Positions 30,643 to 41,073 of a stretch of DNA of 64,000 nt are shown piece by piece. Under the pieces are notes generated by a model. It was not told the DNA's origin and ran no database searches. It saw only the letters and a program-made list of their open reading frames with translations. The DNA comes from an uncultured bacterium. GTDB lineage: Bacteria > Desulfobacterota_D > UBA1144 > Nemesobacterales > UBA2774. The stretch spans positions 32,001-96,000 of the forward strand of contig CAWGRW010000010.1 of the NCBI GenBank assembly GCA_963825135.1. Direction: 5' to 3'. The translations under genes and the position numbers were made by a program. How positions within the stretch are numbered: the stretch's first letter is position 1; each line of letters starts with the position of its first letter.

Positions 30643-31479
30643 TCAAGGCTTCCTCGTCCACGCGCTTATCCAGGTGTTCGACATGCCCACTCTGTCGGCC
30701 GCCCCGACGTCCGCGGCTTCGGCGGCGAGTCTCTCCTTGAGCGTGTCGATGCCGACTTCGTCCGCCGTAGCGATGCCGAGCTTCTCCATCATCGGCAAGA
30801 GGCTCTTTATAGTGCTGACGAACCAGTCAATACCCGGGGAGTTCGCCCCGCCCACGAACGCGTCCATGTGCATCGCGGGCTCGGGAAGTCCGGCCTTCAT
30901 ATAGACCGGGAGGAGCTTGAACCCCATCTGCATCTCCGTCCCCGACTTTTCCATAGCGGCGTACAGCCAGTCCCAGAGCTTCATGAACAGCGGAAAAGGC
31001 GGTATCGCCACGGGGCGTATCGTAAAGTCCACCTCCTGGAAAACGACCACTCCGCCCGGCTTCACGTGCCGGACAAGCGTCGTCAGGACCTTGACCGGCT
31101 CGGGCACGTACATCAGCACCGCCCGCCCGGCAAGCGCGTCGAACACCCCCTCGGGCTCGGCCGCGCCGATATCGCCGACGACGAACCTGATATTGGCGAA
31201 GCCCCTTTCCAGGGCCCGCTTTTTCGCCGTCTCCTGAATCTCCGGGTTCCTCTCTATGCTGACGACCTCACCCTTGGGCCCCACCATCTCGGCCAGCAGC
31301 AGCGCCACGTCCCCGGCCCCCGTGCCTAGCTCCAGCACCCTCATGCCCTTCCCGATGCCCGCGAGCTCGAATATCCTCTCCGTCGTCCGGATAATTATCC
31401 GCGACTGTTCCTCGAGCCGCTTCTTCTCGTTCTCCGTGTCGCTGAGCGCGTATTCTTTCTTAATGTCGCTATCCGCCAT
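30643..31479 (-). CDS. Class I SAM-dependent methyltransferase
   Basis: VLELGTGAGD, FDALAGRAVLMY, VKPGG. Confidence 0.92.
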   Translation of the reverse strand: MADSDIKKEYALSDTENEKKRLEEQSRIIIRTTERIFELAGIGKGMRVLELGTGAGDVALLLAEMVGPKGEVVSIERNPEIQETAKKRALERGFANIRFVVGDIGAAEPEGVFDALAGRAVLMYVPEPVKVLTTLVRHVKPGGVVVFQEVDFTIRPVAIPPFPLFMKLWDWLYAAMEKSGTEMQMGFKLLPVYMKAGLPEPAMHMDAFVGGANSPGIDWFVSTIKSLLPMMEKLGIATADEVGIDTLKERLAAEAADVGAADRVGMSNTWISAWTRKP

Positions 31480-31626
31480 GTGTCTGTCTCCTGCAAATAG
31501 TATAGCCGTAAGTGCCGCCCCGGTAACGTAAAATATTGCTCCCGGCTAAATTAATGTTTCAAACTTTGCGTCTTTTCCGCATTCCCCCCGTCTGTACAGA
31601 TAGAAAATAAAAAAAGGAGGCCCGAA

Positions 31627-31743
31627 ATGGCTGAGCAGGAAAAGAAAGAAGTGAATTCCGGTGACGAGGAATGCAGGTGCGGGGAAAATACGTGCTGTAA
31701 GGTCGTATGCGAATGCACATGCACGTGCTGCGAGTGCCGCTGA
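31627..31743 (+). CDS. 38-aa metallothionein-like Cys-rich peptide, not in ORF track
   Basis: MAEQEKKEVNSGDEECRCGENTCCKVVCECTCTCCECR*; AAGGAGG RBS 6 nt upstream. Confidence 0.8.
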   Translation: MAEQEKKEVNSGDEECRCGENTCCKVVCECTCTCCECR

Positions 31744-31893
31744 AGCGGGGCATGACAAGACGGCGGGCGCGCGTTTGATAGTTTTACCTTATAATATAGC
31801 CGTGCGCCCGCGGGGTTTCCGGACGGATAATCCCCCCCCGCGTGGGGGACGGACGGATGGTTTCCAGGGGGATGGGGATGACAGAGGAATAAT

Positions 31894-32466
31894 ATGGAAA
31901 CGATGCCTGAGACGCAGGCCTGGATCTGGGAGGAGTTTTCGGGGAGGGTAAGGTCTCATCTCCTGAGAAAGATACGCGACAAGGCAGACGTGGACGACCT
32001 CATGCAGGAGATATTCATCAAGATCCACGCCCACCTGCCGCACCTGCGGGAACGGGAGAAACTCTCTTCGTGGATATACCGGATCGCCGAGAACACGCTC
32101 AACGATTATTACAGGCGCGGCCGGGGCCGTGAAACGGAGTACGACGAGAATAGAGCCGCCCGCGGCGGACCAGATGAAGAAAACCCGCTCGAAGGCATCG
32201 AGGGCTGCATCGAGGCGTTCATCGCCAGGCTGCCGGATAAATACAGGGAGCCGCTGGTGATGAGCGATATAGAGGGTATGAGTCAGAAGGATATAGCTGA
32301 AAAGATGGGGATCTCCTACTCGGGCTTGAAATCAAGGGTGCAGAGGGGACGGGAGATGATAAAGGAGATGTTCGTAGAGTGCTGCAGGTTGTCGATCGGG
32401 GAGGACGGGAAGCTAACGGGCGAGGTCGGGAAGATGGACGACTGCACATTCTGCGGGAGAAATTAG
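31894..32466 (+). CDS. sigZ: ECF RNA polymerase sigma factor, SigZ family
   Basis: DDLMQEIFIKIH, WIYRIAEN, SGLKSRVQRGR, C-terminal CC and CxxC. Confidence 0.85.
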   Translation: METMPETQAWIWEEFSGRVRSHLLRKIRDKADVDDLMQEIFIKIHAHLPHLREREKLSSWIYRIAENTLNDYYRRGRGRETEYDENRAARGGPDEENPLEGIEGCIEAFIARLPDKYREPLVMSDIEGMSQKDIAEKMGISYSGLKSRVQRGREMIKEMFVECCRLSIGEDGKLTGEVGKMDDCTFCGRN

Positions 32467-32642
32467 GATACATTCCCTAGCCAGGGGCAGCCCGGTGTTG
32501 CAATCTAGTTCCTCGATCAACTTCCTAGAGGGGACGATTGCGTTCAGCTGCACATCTTAATCGGTGCGGAGCTTATAATTACTACGTGATGAGCTGCGAA
32601 ATCGAGCCTATCCGACAGTTGGCTTTCCTCAAATCTAAATAG

Positions 32643-33060
32643 ATGAAACAATAAAGTCTTCGGCATTATATTTTTCGCCGCCCTCGTTTTTTCAGCCTGC
32701 GACGGAGGCAACGGGGATAACTGCGTCAGCATCGGAGACGACCCTGATTTTCTCTCAGGCTTCGAAGAATGCCCGACTGACGGGCTTCAGGAGGTCTGCA
32801 ATAAATACGACTGCGTTCTATCGATCCCGATCGGCGACCCGCCCCCGCCCGAACAGCTCGTAAGGATAAATCCCCGGAGCTGCGACGCCCTGGATTGCTT
32901 CACCATGGTATGCGAGACGAGGAATCCGTTCAGCGGGGAGTTCGTCGGCGACCTCACGTATTCGATCGAGGACGTCTCCTCAGGAAGCGTCTTCTCGGGC
33001 ATCACGCTCGAGGGCGACGTAGCGGGCTTCACCTACACCTGCTCGCCGAAGCTCGACTGA
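32643..33060 (+). CDS. Cys-rich lipoprotein hidden by one extra A just after the ATG
   Basis: Corrected frame MNNKVFGIIFFAALVFSA-CDGGNGDNC...TCSPKLD*, open for ~137 codons. Confidence 0.65.
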
Positions 33061-33167
33061 GCCCGGCCCCTCCCCAGCCGTGCGCCGCCGATACTAATCG
33101 CTATTTACAGTTGTATCCGCATTCCGTATGATTCATATAGAGAGAAGCGGTCAGCCGAACCACGTCA

Positions 33168-34476
33168 ATGAGCGGCAATAGGAAATGGATAAAGAGCCTC
33201 AGGCTCGACTTCAGATACGAGAGCTACAATATAGCGCTCGTATCCCAGACCCGTATCGAGATCATCCCCCCGCCATCCGATCCGGTAGATCAGGCGGATG
33301 ATTACAACGGATACTATGTAAAGCTAACCGACGGAGAGGGACGTGTTTTCTACGTCCAGCGGCTGCAGAACCCTTTCCGCACCGAAACCGAGTCGTACGG
33401 CGACGATGCGCCCGGCCCGATCACTTACGAAAGCCTCAAAGACCCGGACCTGACGTTCTCGATCCTGATTCCCGACCCCGGGGCCGTTTTTACCCTCGAA
33501 ATCATAAACAACCCGCTGCTGCCGGAGATGTTTTTTAGAATAGCGAGGCAGTCGTTCGCATTTACGGTCGACCCCGCGGAAGTAATACTGCGGCCGATGG
33601 CAGTCGCCAGGATTGTTGAGAACGGGGCAGTCCTGGGGAAGGAGAAGATCGTCGATCACGGGAAGGACAATGAATGCTGGAATATCTCGATTCTCGCGGA
33701 AGGCTACAAGGCGGAAGAAATCCCTAAATTCGTTTCCGATGCGAATAGCTTCATAAACGTATTTAAGAATTTCGCGCCGTTCAACGAATTCTGGGAGAAG
33801 ACAAACGTATATATTTTAAAAGTCGCGTCCACGGACAGCGGCGCTGACTTGCCGGCTCAATGTCAGGGGGGAAGTCCCCCGGTCGATGTGCGAACTTATT
33901 TTAACGCCAGCTTCTGCGGCGCCGCTCAACCAGAAGCGTCTCCTGGTCGTGGATCAGAGGACGGCGAAAAAGGTTTGGGATATGTGGATTCCGCAGGCGC
34001 ATATCGCGTTTGCCATGGTAAACAGCGCGATCTACGGCGGGTCAGGGGGGAATGTCCCGGTTTTTTCGACCAACTCCCTCTCCGCCCTTATCGGCATTCA
34101 CGAGCTCGGGCATAGCTTATTCAAGCTGGCGGACGAATACGAATCGCCCTATATCAACGATAACCCGGATAACTATCCGAATTTAACCAGTCAGACCGCT
34201 CCGTCGCAAATAAAATGGAAGGACTTGATAGCACCCACGACCCCCGTCCCGACGTCGAGGAACCAATGTCCGGGCGGAAACCCCGTTTCCCACCCCGTAC
34301 CTGAGGGCACAGTGGGGCTTTTCGAGGGAGGGCTTTACAAGTCCTGTAATGTGTTCAGATCCGAGAAGAACTGCCTGATGCGTGATTTCGGGAAGAAGCG
34401 GTTCTGCGCGGTGTGCACAAAAACCATCCGCAATAAGCTTTCGGAGTTATTGCAGATCGACGTGCCTATCGTTTAG
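33168..34476 (+). CDS. M64 (IgA peptidase-like) zinc metallopeptidase, frameshift at ~33921
   Basis: LAEGY, HELGHSLFKLADEY, GLFEGG, CLMR..FCAVC. Confidence 0.85.
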
Positions 34477-34624
34477 CTCCGCATCCGCACCCGCCCCGGT
34501 ACTTCCTCTCACCTCCCCCTCCCCCAGCATGTGTCATAGCTATTGTCTGTGGGCCAATCAATCTCTTGCTCTAATGGCATCCGGTGGTTAATATAGGACG
34601 AACCTACGGTTCTAGGTCAACAAA

Positions 34625-34677
34625 GCACCACATATTGACGTCTAACCCTTGACAAACACAAGATGTTGTGGTTTAAT
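34625..34677 (+). promoter_or_regulatory. Tandem NrdR-like boxes overlapping a sigma70 promoter
   Basis: GCACCACATATTGACG (34625) and ACACAAGATGTTGTGG (34656), 31 bp apart; TTGACA-N17-TTTAAT. Confidence 0.65.
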
Positions 34678-34862
34678 CGGTAATATGTGATGGGTAAGCC
34701 TATGCGAACCTAAAACTGAAAGAGGGCGTGTTGTCGCACGCCCCCGTTTTGTCCTCACTCCATCTGTTGAGATGGGAAAGGAGTTAGTAGTTTGCGCTCA
34801 TTATAATCTCCATGTTCCCAAATTTCAACAAAACCAAATGGAATTGAGGAAGGAGGCCCATT

Positions 34863-35039
34863 ATGGGCAAAACACTAAAGCCGGGAGAAAAAGCCCCGGC
34901 CTCAGGCCAGTACCGAAACACACGTACTGGCAACGAAGTTACAGTTGTGAGGGGTGAACCTTTACCGCCAACTCCTAGATCCGGTCAAGGTTATACACTT
35001 GTAGACTTGACCAAGCACAAGCCTAGCGGAAGACGGTGA
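34863..35039 (+). CDS. YjzC-like small protein, 58 aa, not in ORF track
   Basis: MGKTLKPGEKAPASGQY...VRGEPLPPTP..GQGYTLVD; GGAGG RBS. Confidence 0.85.
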   Translation: MGKTLKPGEKAPASGQYRNTRTGNEVTVVRGEPLPPTPRSGQGYTLVDLTKHKPSGRR

Positions 35040-35391
35040 GGTGTTAAAGGGGAGGAAGGGGAAATATAATGCTTATCCTCCCCTTGAATTCTAATTTATC
35101 ATGTGCAAGAATTACTTAATTATTATAGTTATCTCAGAAACAATGTAGGAGGTTCAGAAAATACAAGCCCCGATTACTAAGTACATCTTCAACTCTATTT
35201 ACATCTGCTTAATATTCTACGGTATTTTATTTGCTATTCCTTGTTACTCAGAATCTGAGTTCACGACGGAAACTTCCTTCTGCTCAATAAATATTTCTTA
35301 CGGTAAATTTTCAGACATTTTAGATGAATTAAGGAGTTTTACAAAAAATGCAAACAAAAATTTCAAGCAATGGAAAGTTACCGAGTATTTA

Positions 35392-35970
35392 GTGTTAGGA
35401 GATAAAAATGTACGAATTAAAATAGAGAATGAGTTTAATGAATCTGCATTCAACCAAGGTCCGAAAATTGCTAATGACCTTTATTACAAGTATGAAAATT
35501 TTGATGCGCCTATCTCGACCATAGAACTTAGATTAAGTGATTACGTTAGAACCTTAACAATAACGGGTTATGATAAAACACAGGTAAATGCACTTGCATC
35601 ATTAATAAAGGATGAATTCAATCTTGTAGGATGCTCTATCGGTGGTCTTAATCACCGAGCTATTATTTATATTGTACTGGGAGTATCAGCATTGATTGTA
35701 TATTTCTTTACTGTAAAATATTTCGTGACAACTGAAAGAATTGCTTTGTTGCTATATTTCATGTTTGTTCTTTTTTATTTCATTCTTATATATACCTTAC
35801 CTTGGGATTTATGGTTTTCTGGTGCAACAATCCGATCTAGTCCTCTTTCTTTTTTAGATCGCCATGCAGGGTTATTATCGTTACTCGGTATTCTGGTATC
35901 AATTTTATTACCCATATCAGCACATTTTGTAAAAAAAACAATTACGAGAAAATCTTCAGGAAACCTTTAA
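35392..35970 (+). CDS. Low-GC membrane protein (true start probably further upstream)
   Basis: AT-rich ORF with three C-terminal TM helices. Confidence 0.6.
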   Translation: MLGDKNVRIKIENEFNESAFNQGPKIANDLYYKYENFDAPISTIELRLSDYVRTLTITGYDKTQVNALASLIKDEFNLVGCSIGGLNHRAIIYIVLGVSALIVYFFTVKYFVTTERIALLLYFMFVLFYFILIYTLPWDLWFSGATIRSSPLSFLDRHAGLLSLLGILVSILLPISAHFVKKTITRKSSGNL

Positions 35971-36002
35971 GAACCGATTGTTCTAGATCATCATGCAATA
36001 AA

Positions 36003-36203
36003 CTACTTACCCCTCCCCCAGCATGCGTCGCATATTCCCGCCGTGGGAGAGGTCATCACGAGCCTCCGGCACGGTATCCTGCACGAGGCGCACGGCTGCT
36101 CCCCGTACCTCTCGTCGAAGTGTATCCACATGAGATAGGGCTTCCCCGAGTGGAAGCTCAGTATCAGCTCGTTAAGGCTTGGTACCGGCGACATTACTTC
36201 CAT
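36003..36203 (-). CDS. Small CxxC...CxxC protein
   Basis: CASC and CDAC motifs; overlaps the upstream gene; GGAG RBS. Confidence 0.55.
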   Translation of the reverse strand: MEVMSPVPSLNELILSFHSGKPYLMWIHFDERYGEQPCASCRIPCRRLVMTSPTAGICDACWGRGK

Positions 36204-36576
36204 TGCTCCCCTCCTTCTCGGGCTTCTTCCTGTAATACTCCTCCATCTTCTCCATGTGCTTGAGTATCTCGGTCTGTATCTCTATCTGGAGGTAAATCTT
36301 CTCCCCGAGCTCCCGGATGGATTCCTCGAGAGAGCGCCTCACGTACCAGAGCGGTATCCCGTCGGCGTCCGTCTTGTTGTGCCATTCGTGAAGGTCGTCC
36401 ACCTTGTCCTTTATCGCGGACACCGCCCCCCTTACGTCGTTAACGTGCTCGTTCATGATGAGGCTCTGCCCTCCCCCGCCGTTCTTCTTCTTTTCGAGGA
36501 ACCCGAGCACCTCGCGTATGACCATGATAGCGGCGATGAACCCCACGCCCAGCTCTAGAAGCTTTGCATCCATCAT
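36172..36576 (-). CDS. Holin-like single-TM/coiled-coil protein (phage-like)
   Basis: N-terminal TM followed by a charged coiled-coil; coupled operon. Confidence 0.5.
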   Translation of the reverse strand: MMDAKLLELGVGFIAAIMVIREVLGFLEKKKNGGGGQSLIMNEHVNDVRGAVSAIKDKVDDLHEWHNKTDADGIPLWYVRRSLEESIRELGEKIYLQIEIQTEILKHMEKMEEYYRKKPEKEGSNGSNVAGTKP

Positions 36577-37070
36577 TCGGCGCCGTCTCCGTCCGATGCG
36601 GCATCCCCCTCCCCATCCAGCATCAGGCTCCCGCCGCAGGTGAGGAACATTCCGGATTTATGATTCTCATCGAGCTCTCCGGTGTGCATGTAAAGCCAGT
36701 GGTGGACGCACTCGTGCGCGATGACGTCTATCCCCTCGCCCTCGGGCACAATTATCCATCCGCTCCTCCCGGCCCCCGTATCGGGACCGGCCTCGTAGCA
36801 TCCCTTCCTGAGAGTCCCTCCGCACTCGACCGCGTTCCCGCCCCTCATGCCGCGTATCTTCGGCAGCGCGTAATTGTATTCACTCAGTCCCATGCACGCC
36901 TTCGCCAGCATGCATGTTTCGAGGACCTTTTGCGCCGACGGGTACGTGACCGAATCGTTCCCGAGAAGCTCCCCTTCGTAAACGACCTCCGTCGCGGGCG
37001 TCATGCCCTTCCACGCGCACGATGACATAAGCATCAGCAGCGCAACCGTGATATTTCTAATTCCCTTCAT
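36573..37070 (-). CDS. Lipoprotein with HEXXH motif
   Basis: MSSC lipobox; AHECVHH. Confidence 0.65.
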   Translation of the reverse strand: MKGIRNITVALLMLMSSCAWKGMTPATEVVYEGELLGNDSVTYPSAQKVLETCMLAKACMGLSEYNYALPKIRGMRGGNAVECGGTLRKGCYEAGPDTGAGRSGWIIVPEGEGIDVIAHECVHHWLYMHTGELDENHKSGMFLTCGGSLMLDGEGDAASDGDGAE

Positions 37071-37383
37071 TCCGCGCCTCCTTCCTCACCGGTATCGGGG
37101 TGAAGTCGAGCTTGTCGCTCGTGCCGAAAATCCCCGCGTAGTTGAATGTAGATACGATCGTGTCTATGAACATCGATACGAGGTTCAGGAACTGGAGCTG
37201 TCCCTCCGGGTTCCTGCCGACGAAGTAGTCCTTCGTGTCGAGAATGTTGCCGATGATGTTCATCACCCTCGACTTCCTTATCTCGCCGCGCTTCAACCCC
37301 GTGACGACCTTCTCGACGTCTATGACCGTCTGAATAATTATCGGGATCAGGTCGGGCGTAATCTTCAGCAATTCCTTCCACAT
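37057..37383 (-). CDS. Hypothetical protein (phage-like)
   Basis: AAGGAGG RBS; first gene of a four-gene overlapping operon. Confidence 0.65.
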   Translation of the reverse strand: MWKELLKITPDLIPIIIQTVIDVEKVVTGLKRGEIRKSRVMNIIGNILDTKDYFVGRNPEGQLQFLNLVSMFIDTIVSTFNYAGIFGTSDKLDFTPIPVRKEARNEGN

Positions 37384-37846
37384 AACTTCCTCCTTCCTCT
37401 AAAATATTTTGTCGTTTTTTCTTCCCCTCCTCCTCATTAGAAGGGGGAACAGTTGCAAGCGTAGTGAAACGAAGCGCGGCAATCTCGTCTTTTCTTGCCC
37501 GACATTACAGAATTTGCGTTAAGAAAATCGATTGTACGAGCGTTAAGAATCTTCCGCGGGGTGGGGTGGAATTGGAAGATTTAGCGAGTACATGAGATTT
37601 TTAGCAAATTCTGTAGTCGGAATGATTTTTGCTTCTTTTCATCAAGGAAAAGAAGGATAAATAAAATAGCCTTTCACCTTTCTAGTCTTTTCTTTTCGAA
37701 TGATCACGCTATGTATCTTCATCCAGGAAAAGAAGAAAATGAAAATTGCATTTCTCCTTTATTTGTATTTGATAATGCAACCTACGCCGCCATCCCCTCC
37801 CCCTTCTCCTTGATTTTTCCCCATCATTTAATACAATTTGTCCCTC

Positions 37847-38173
37847 ATGAACAAACTGATTCTCGCCCTCTTCTTAATAATGCCCTTCGCGGTCCCCGCA
37901 TTCTCCGAGCCCGCTCCCTACCAGAACGTCTGCGAGGTGAAGGAAATCATCCAATGCAGCTACGTAGGCAAGAAAGCCTATTTGAAATCAGACGAGAACA
38001 AATCCGTCCTGGGAAAGATCATCGCCGTCGTATGGAAGGAAAAAGGCGACCCCGTCGAGGTCAACCCGACCCTCACCTCGACCCAGAGCGGATATTACTA
38101 CGTAATCGCCCCGACCTCTCAGAAGTCCGACCGGATCATCGTCAGCATCAACCGCATCGCCGTCCTCCAGTAA
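37847..38173 (+). CDS. Secreted hypothetical protein
   Basis: Signal peptide MNKLILALFLIMPFAVPAFS. Confidence 0.65.
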   Translation: MNKLILALFLIMPFAVPAFSEPAPYQNVCEVKEIIQCSYVGKKAYLKSDENKSVLGKIIAVVWKEKGDPVEVNPTLTSTQSGYYYVIAPTSQKSDRIIVSINRIAVLQ

Positions 38174-38740
38174 CCACCGCCAATATGTCATTCCCGAATG
38201 CCTTAATCGGGAATCCAGTCTTTAATCTTGTCATTGCGAGCGGAGCTTATGAAGTAAGCGATGCGCGGCAATCTAGTCTTTAGTCTTTTCCTCTCCCGAC
38301 ATTACAGAATTTGCGGTACACAGTGTGTGCGAGTATACGATCCATCTCTACCTCCGCTGCTTAATACCGGAAACGTAGCCCAGCCGTTCGCCCTGAGCGT
38401 GTCGAAGGTCAGAATTAGCGCCCTTCCCCTGAGGGGGGAAGGTACGGATGGGGGTGTTACCTTCAGTTAAATCATTCGAATCACCTTTGTCCTTCCGACA
38501 TTACGACGTTGCGTTAGAAAATCGAGACGAGCGTTAAGAATCTTCCGCCGGGTGGGGCGGAATCGGAAGATTTAGCGAGTACATGAGATTTTTAGCACAA
38601 TTATGTAGTCGGATGATTTTTGCTTCTTTGTCATCAAGGACAAAGAAGATATCAATATTCGTCTTTGCTTTTTCTTTGTCTTTTGAAAGAGTGGACACTC
38701 AAAGCGAGCCCCGGCAATCCCATCTGTTATCCTTATACAT

Positions 38741-39310
38741 ATGAAGAAACTCTGCACCGGCTGCCTCTACATCGGCTACGAGGACCGCACCTCACACGGC
38801 AGCGTCAAGACCGAATCCGCCCTCTGGACGGTCGCCTTCGTCCTCGCCTTCGCCGGGGTCTTCGAGAAAGACCTCTGGCTCCCGGCGACTATCGTATTCG
38901 CCGTCGCCTTCTTCTACACGCTCACTCTATTCAGAATAAAGATATGCGTCTGCCCCCGCTGCGGCCGCGACGCCATGATCCCGCTCAATACTCCCAAAGC
39001 GGACGAGATCATCGGGGAAAATCATCTCCCGCTCCCCCGCGAATTCGCCGACCCCGCGCGCACCTTCTGGGGCTTCACGCTGCGCGACGTGCTCCTCATT
39101 CTCACATCCATCCTCGTCGCCATAATCCTCTACAAAGAATTCGCTAATCATTCTTTCCTGACTTTCCCCTGTCCCTTCGAGGCGAACGGGTCCAGAGCAG
39201 AAGTCTGTCATTTCGAATCGTTGCTCGAGGTTACAAAGAAATTTTGCAGTCCAATTAGATTTCAGCCTCAACACGATTTTAGCAAATCTGTGAGGAGGAT
39301 ACGGGTGTGA
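38741..39310 (+). CDS. Membrane protein with CxxC...CxxC zinc-ribbon; C-terminus reads into repeat DNA
   Basis: CTGC, TM pair, CPRCG...IP. Confidence 0.6.
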   Translation: MKKLCTGCLYIGYEDRTSHGSVKTESALWTVAFVLAFAGVFEKDLWLPATIVFAVAFFYTLTLFRIKICVCPRCGRDAMIPLNTPKADEIIGENHLPLPREFADPARTFWGFTLRDVLLILTSILVAIILYKEFANHSFLTFPCPFEANGSRAEVCHFESLLEVTKKFCSPIRFQPQHDFSKSVRRIRV

Positions 39311-39673
39311 GTTTTGCTCTTATCATCAACTGATCAATCTACTTTCTTTCGATGATTTTTAAAGACACAACTGCGTGTGTTCATCAAGGAAAAGAAGGAT
39401 AAATAAATAGCCTTTTCCTTATATTTCCTTATAACCAGAAGCAGCGCAACGATCCCGCCTTCCTTCCTCTTCAAACATCCATAATTTTCTCTTGACTCCC
39501 GTCCCCCGCATGATTTATAATATAGTTATTGGAGGTAATCATGGGAAGTGAAAGTGACACTCCACCGGACTACATGGTGAGTAACCTGTGAAGTCCAATA
39601 GCGGTGAGTCGATAAATAACCTCACCACAAAAAATAGCTAATAAAGCTATTGCAGAAAATAAGCATACAAACC

Positions 39674-39706
39674 AAAGGGAGCCCGCTCGGCTCCCTTTTT
39701 TATTTG
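39674..39706 (+). terminator. Intrinsic terminator
   Basis: AAAGGGAGCC-CGCTC-GGCTCCCTTTTTT. Confidence 0.75.
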
Positions 39707-40060
39707 TACCCATAATCATTCTGTCATTCCCGACACCGATCGGGAATCTCGCCTTTTCTTTTATTTCCCTCATTAGAAAAAGAAGGCTATGGTGGGTTTT
39801 ATCAACCCGTTCGTCCTGAGCTTGTCGAAGGTTCGAAGGGTACAGCCCGCTCAGGATTACGGAAGTAATCCTAAAACTGCGAACTTTACTACTCAATAAC
39901 CGCTTGGTATCATTAGATATATTGCCAGAAGGAGAAAAAAGGGCAAAAAAAAACGGAGAAGATGTTCTCAGTCTCCGTTCCTTTGTGCTTACGCTTTAGG
40001 GCGTTGTTCGCCCGCTTATGTATAAACTATACAAATTCTCGGGCCCTGTCAATCACCTTT

Positions 40061-41068
40061 GGTAATGTGCAAGCACATATGGCGGTATTCCCTACAATGG
40101 GGGATATGAGCATATGTATGGCAAAAACGATTAAAGAAGAGCGATTAAGGTGGGTGCTGCCCATTGTTCAAAAAGAGATAAAATTGGTCGAAGCAGCAAG
40201 AGTTTGTCCGTACAGCACACGAAGCCTGGAGCGGTGGGTGGCTGAATACCGGCGGGGTGGAGAAACCGCCTGGAGCCAAAATCAACCGCGCGCAAGACAC
40301 AAGAGAAAGAAACACCAATTCGCATTAAGGAACATATCGTAGAACTGAGGAAACGGACCAAGAAATGCGCCTTGAAGTTGCATTGGCACATGAAGAAGGA
40401 GGGACTGGTTATTCCGCCAAGGACTATTGGTGAAATTTTGAAACGAGAGGGGTTGGTACGAAGATACAGAGTCAAGAGAATTAAATACAAATACATCAAG
40501 GCAGAGAGAAAACCGGGTGAGCTCATCGAGATCGACGTCAAATATGTGCCAGGACCCGTTGAAAACAGGCAGTATTTCCAATACACAGCAATAGATACGG
40601 CTTCCCGGTGGAGATATTTGGCCGTCTATGATGAACAAAACACCTACCACTCCATTTTGTTTCTAGAAGAAGTGGTGAAGCGGTTTCCTCACCCAATTGC
40701 AGCAGTCAAAACTGACAATCATTCAACATTTACTAACTATTACGTCGGCACGAATAAACGGAGCGATCTGACGGTAAAAACGTTACATGCCTTCGATCTT
40801 TTCTGCGCTTCACGCGGAATTATTCATTATCTCATCGATCCCGGTAAGCCGGCGCAGAACGGCACTGTTGAGCGGAGTCATCGGGAAGATGAAGAGAAGT
40901 TTTATCAAGAAAACACGTTCAAGAACTTTGATGATTTGCAAAAGAAGCTGAGACAGTGGAATATGTATTACAATAACCTTGAACACTGTGGATTGAGCGG
41001 TATGACGCCCAACGAATTTCTTGCAGATTACCAACTAACGAATCCGCCATATGTGCCTGCCTAAAACA
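40061..41068 (+). mobile_element. IS481-family insertion sequence; transposase 40107-41064 frameshifted at ~40270
   Basis: HTH plus rve core (EIDVKY, TDN, NGTVERSH); imperfect IRs sharing GCACATATGGCGG at both ends. Confidence 0.88.
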
Positions 41069-41073
41069 CTTTT

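Noticed and set aside
30643..31479. Methyltransferase as a member of the peptide locus
   Set aside because: Separated from it by a small gene and a strong terminator and belongs to a generic family; linkage unsupported without synteny data
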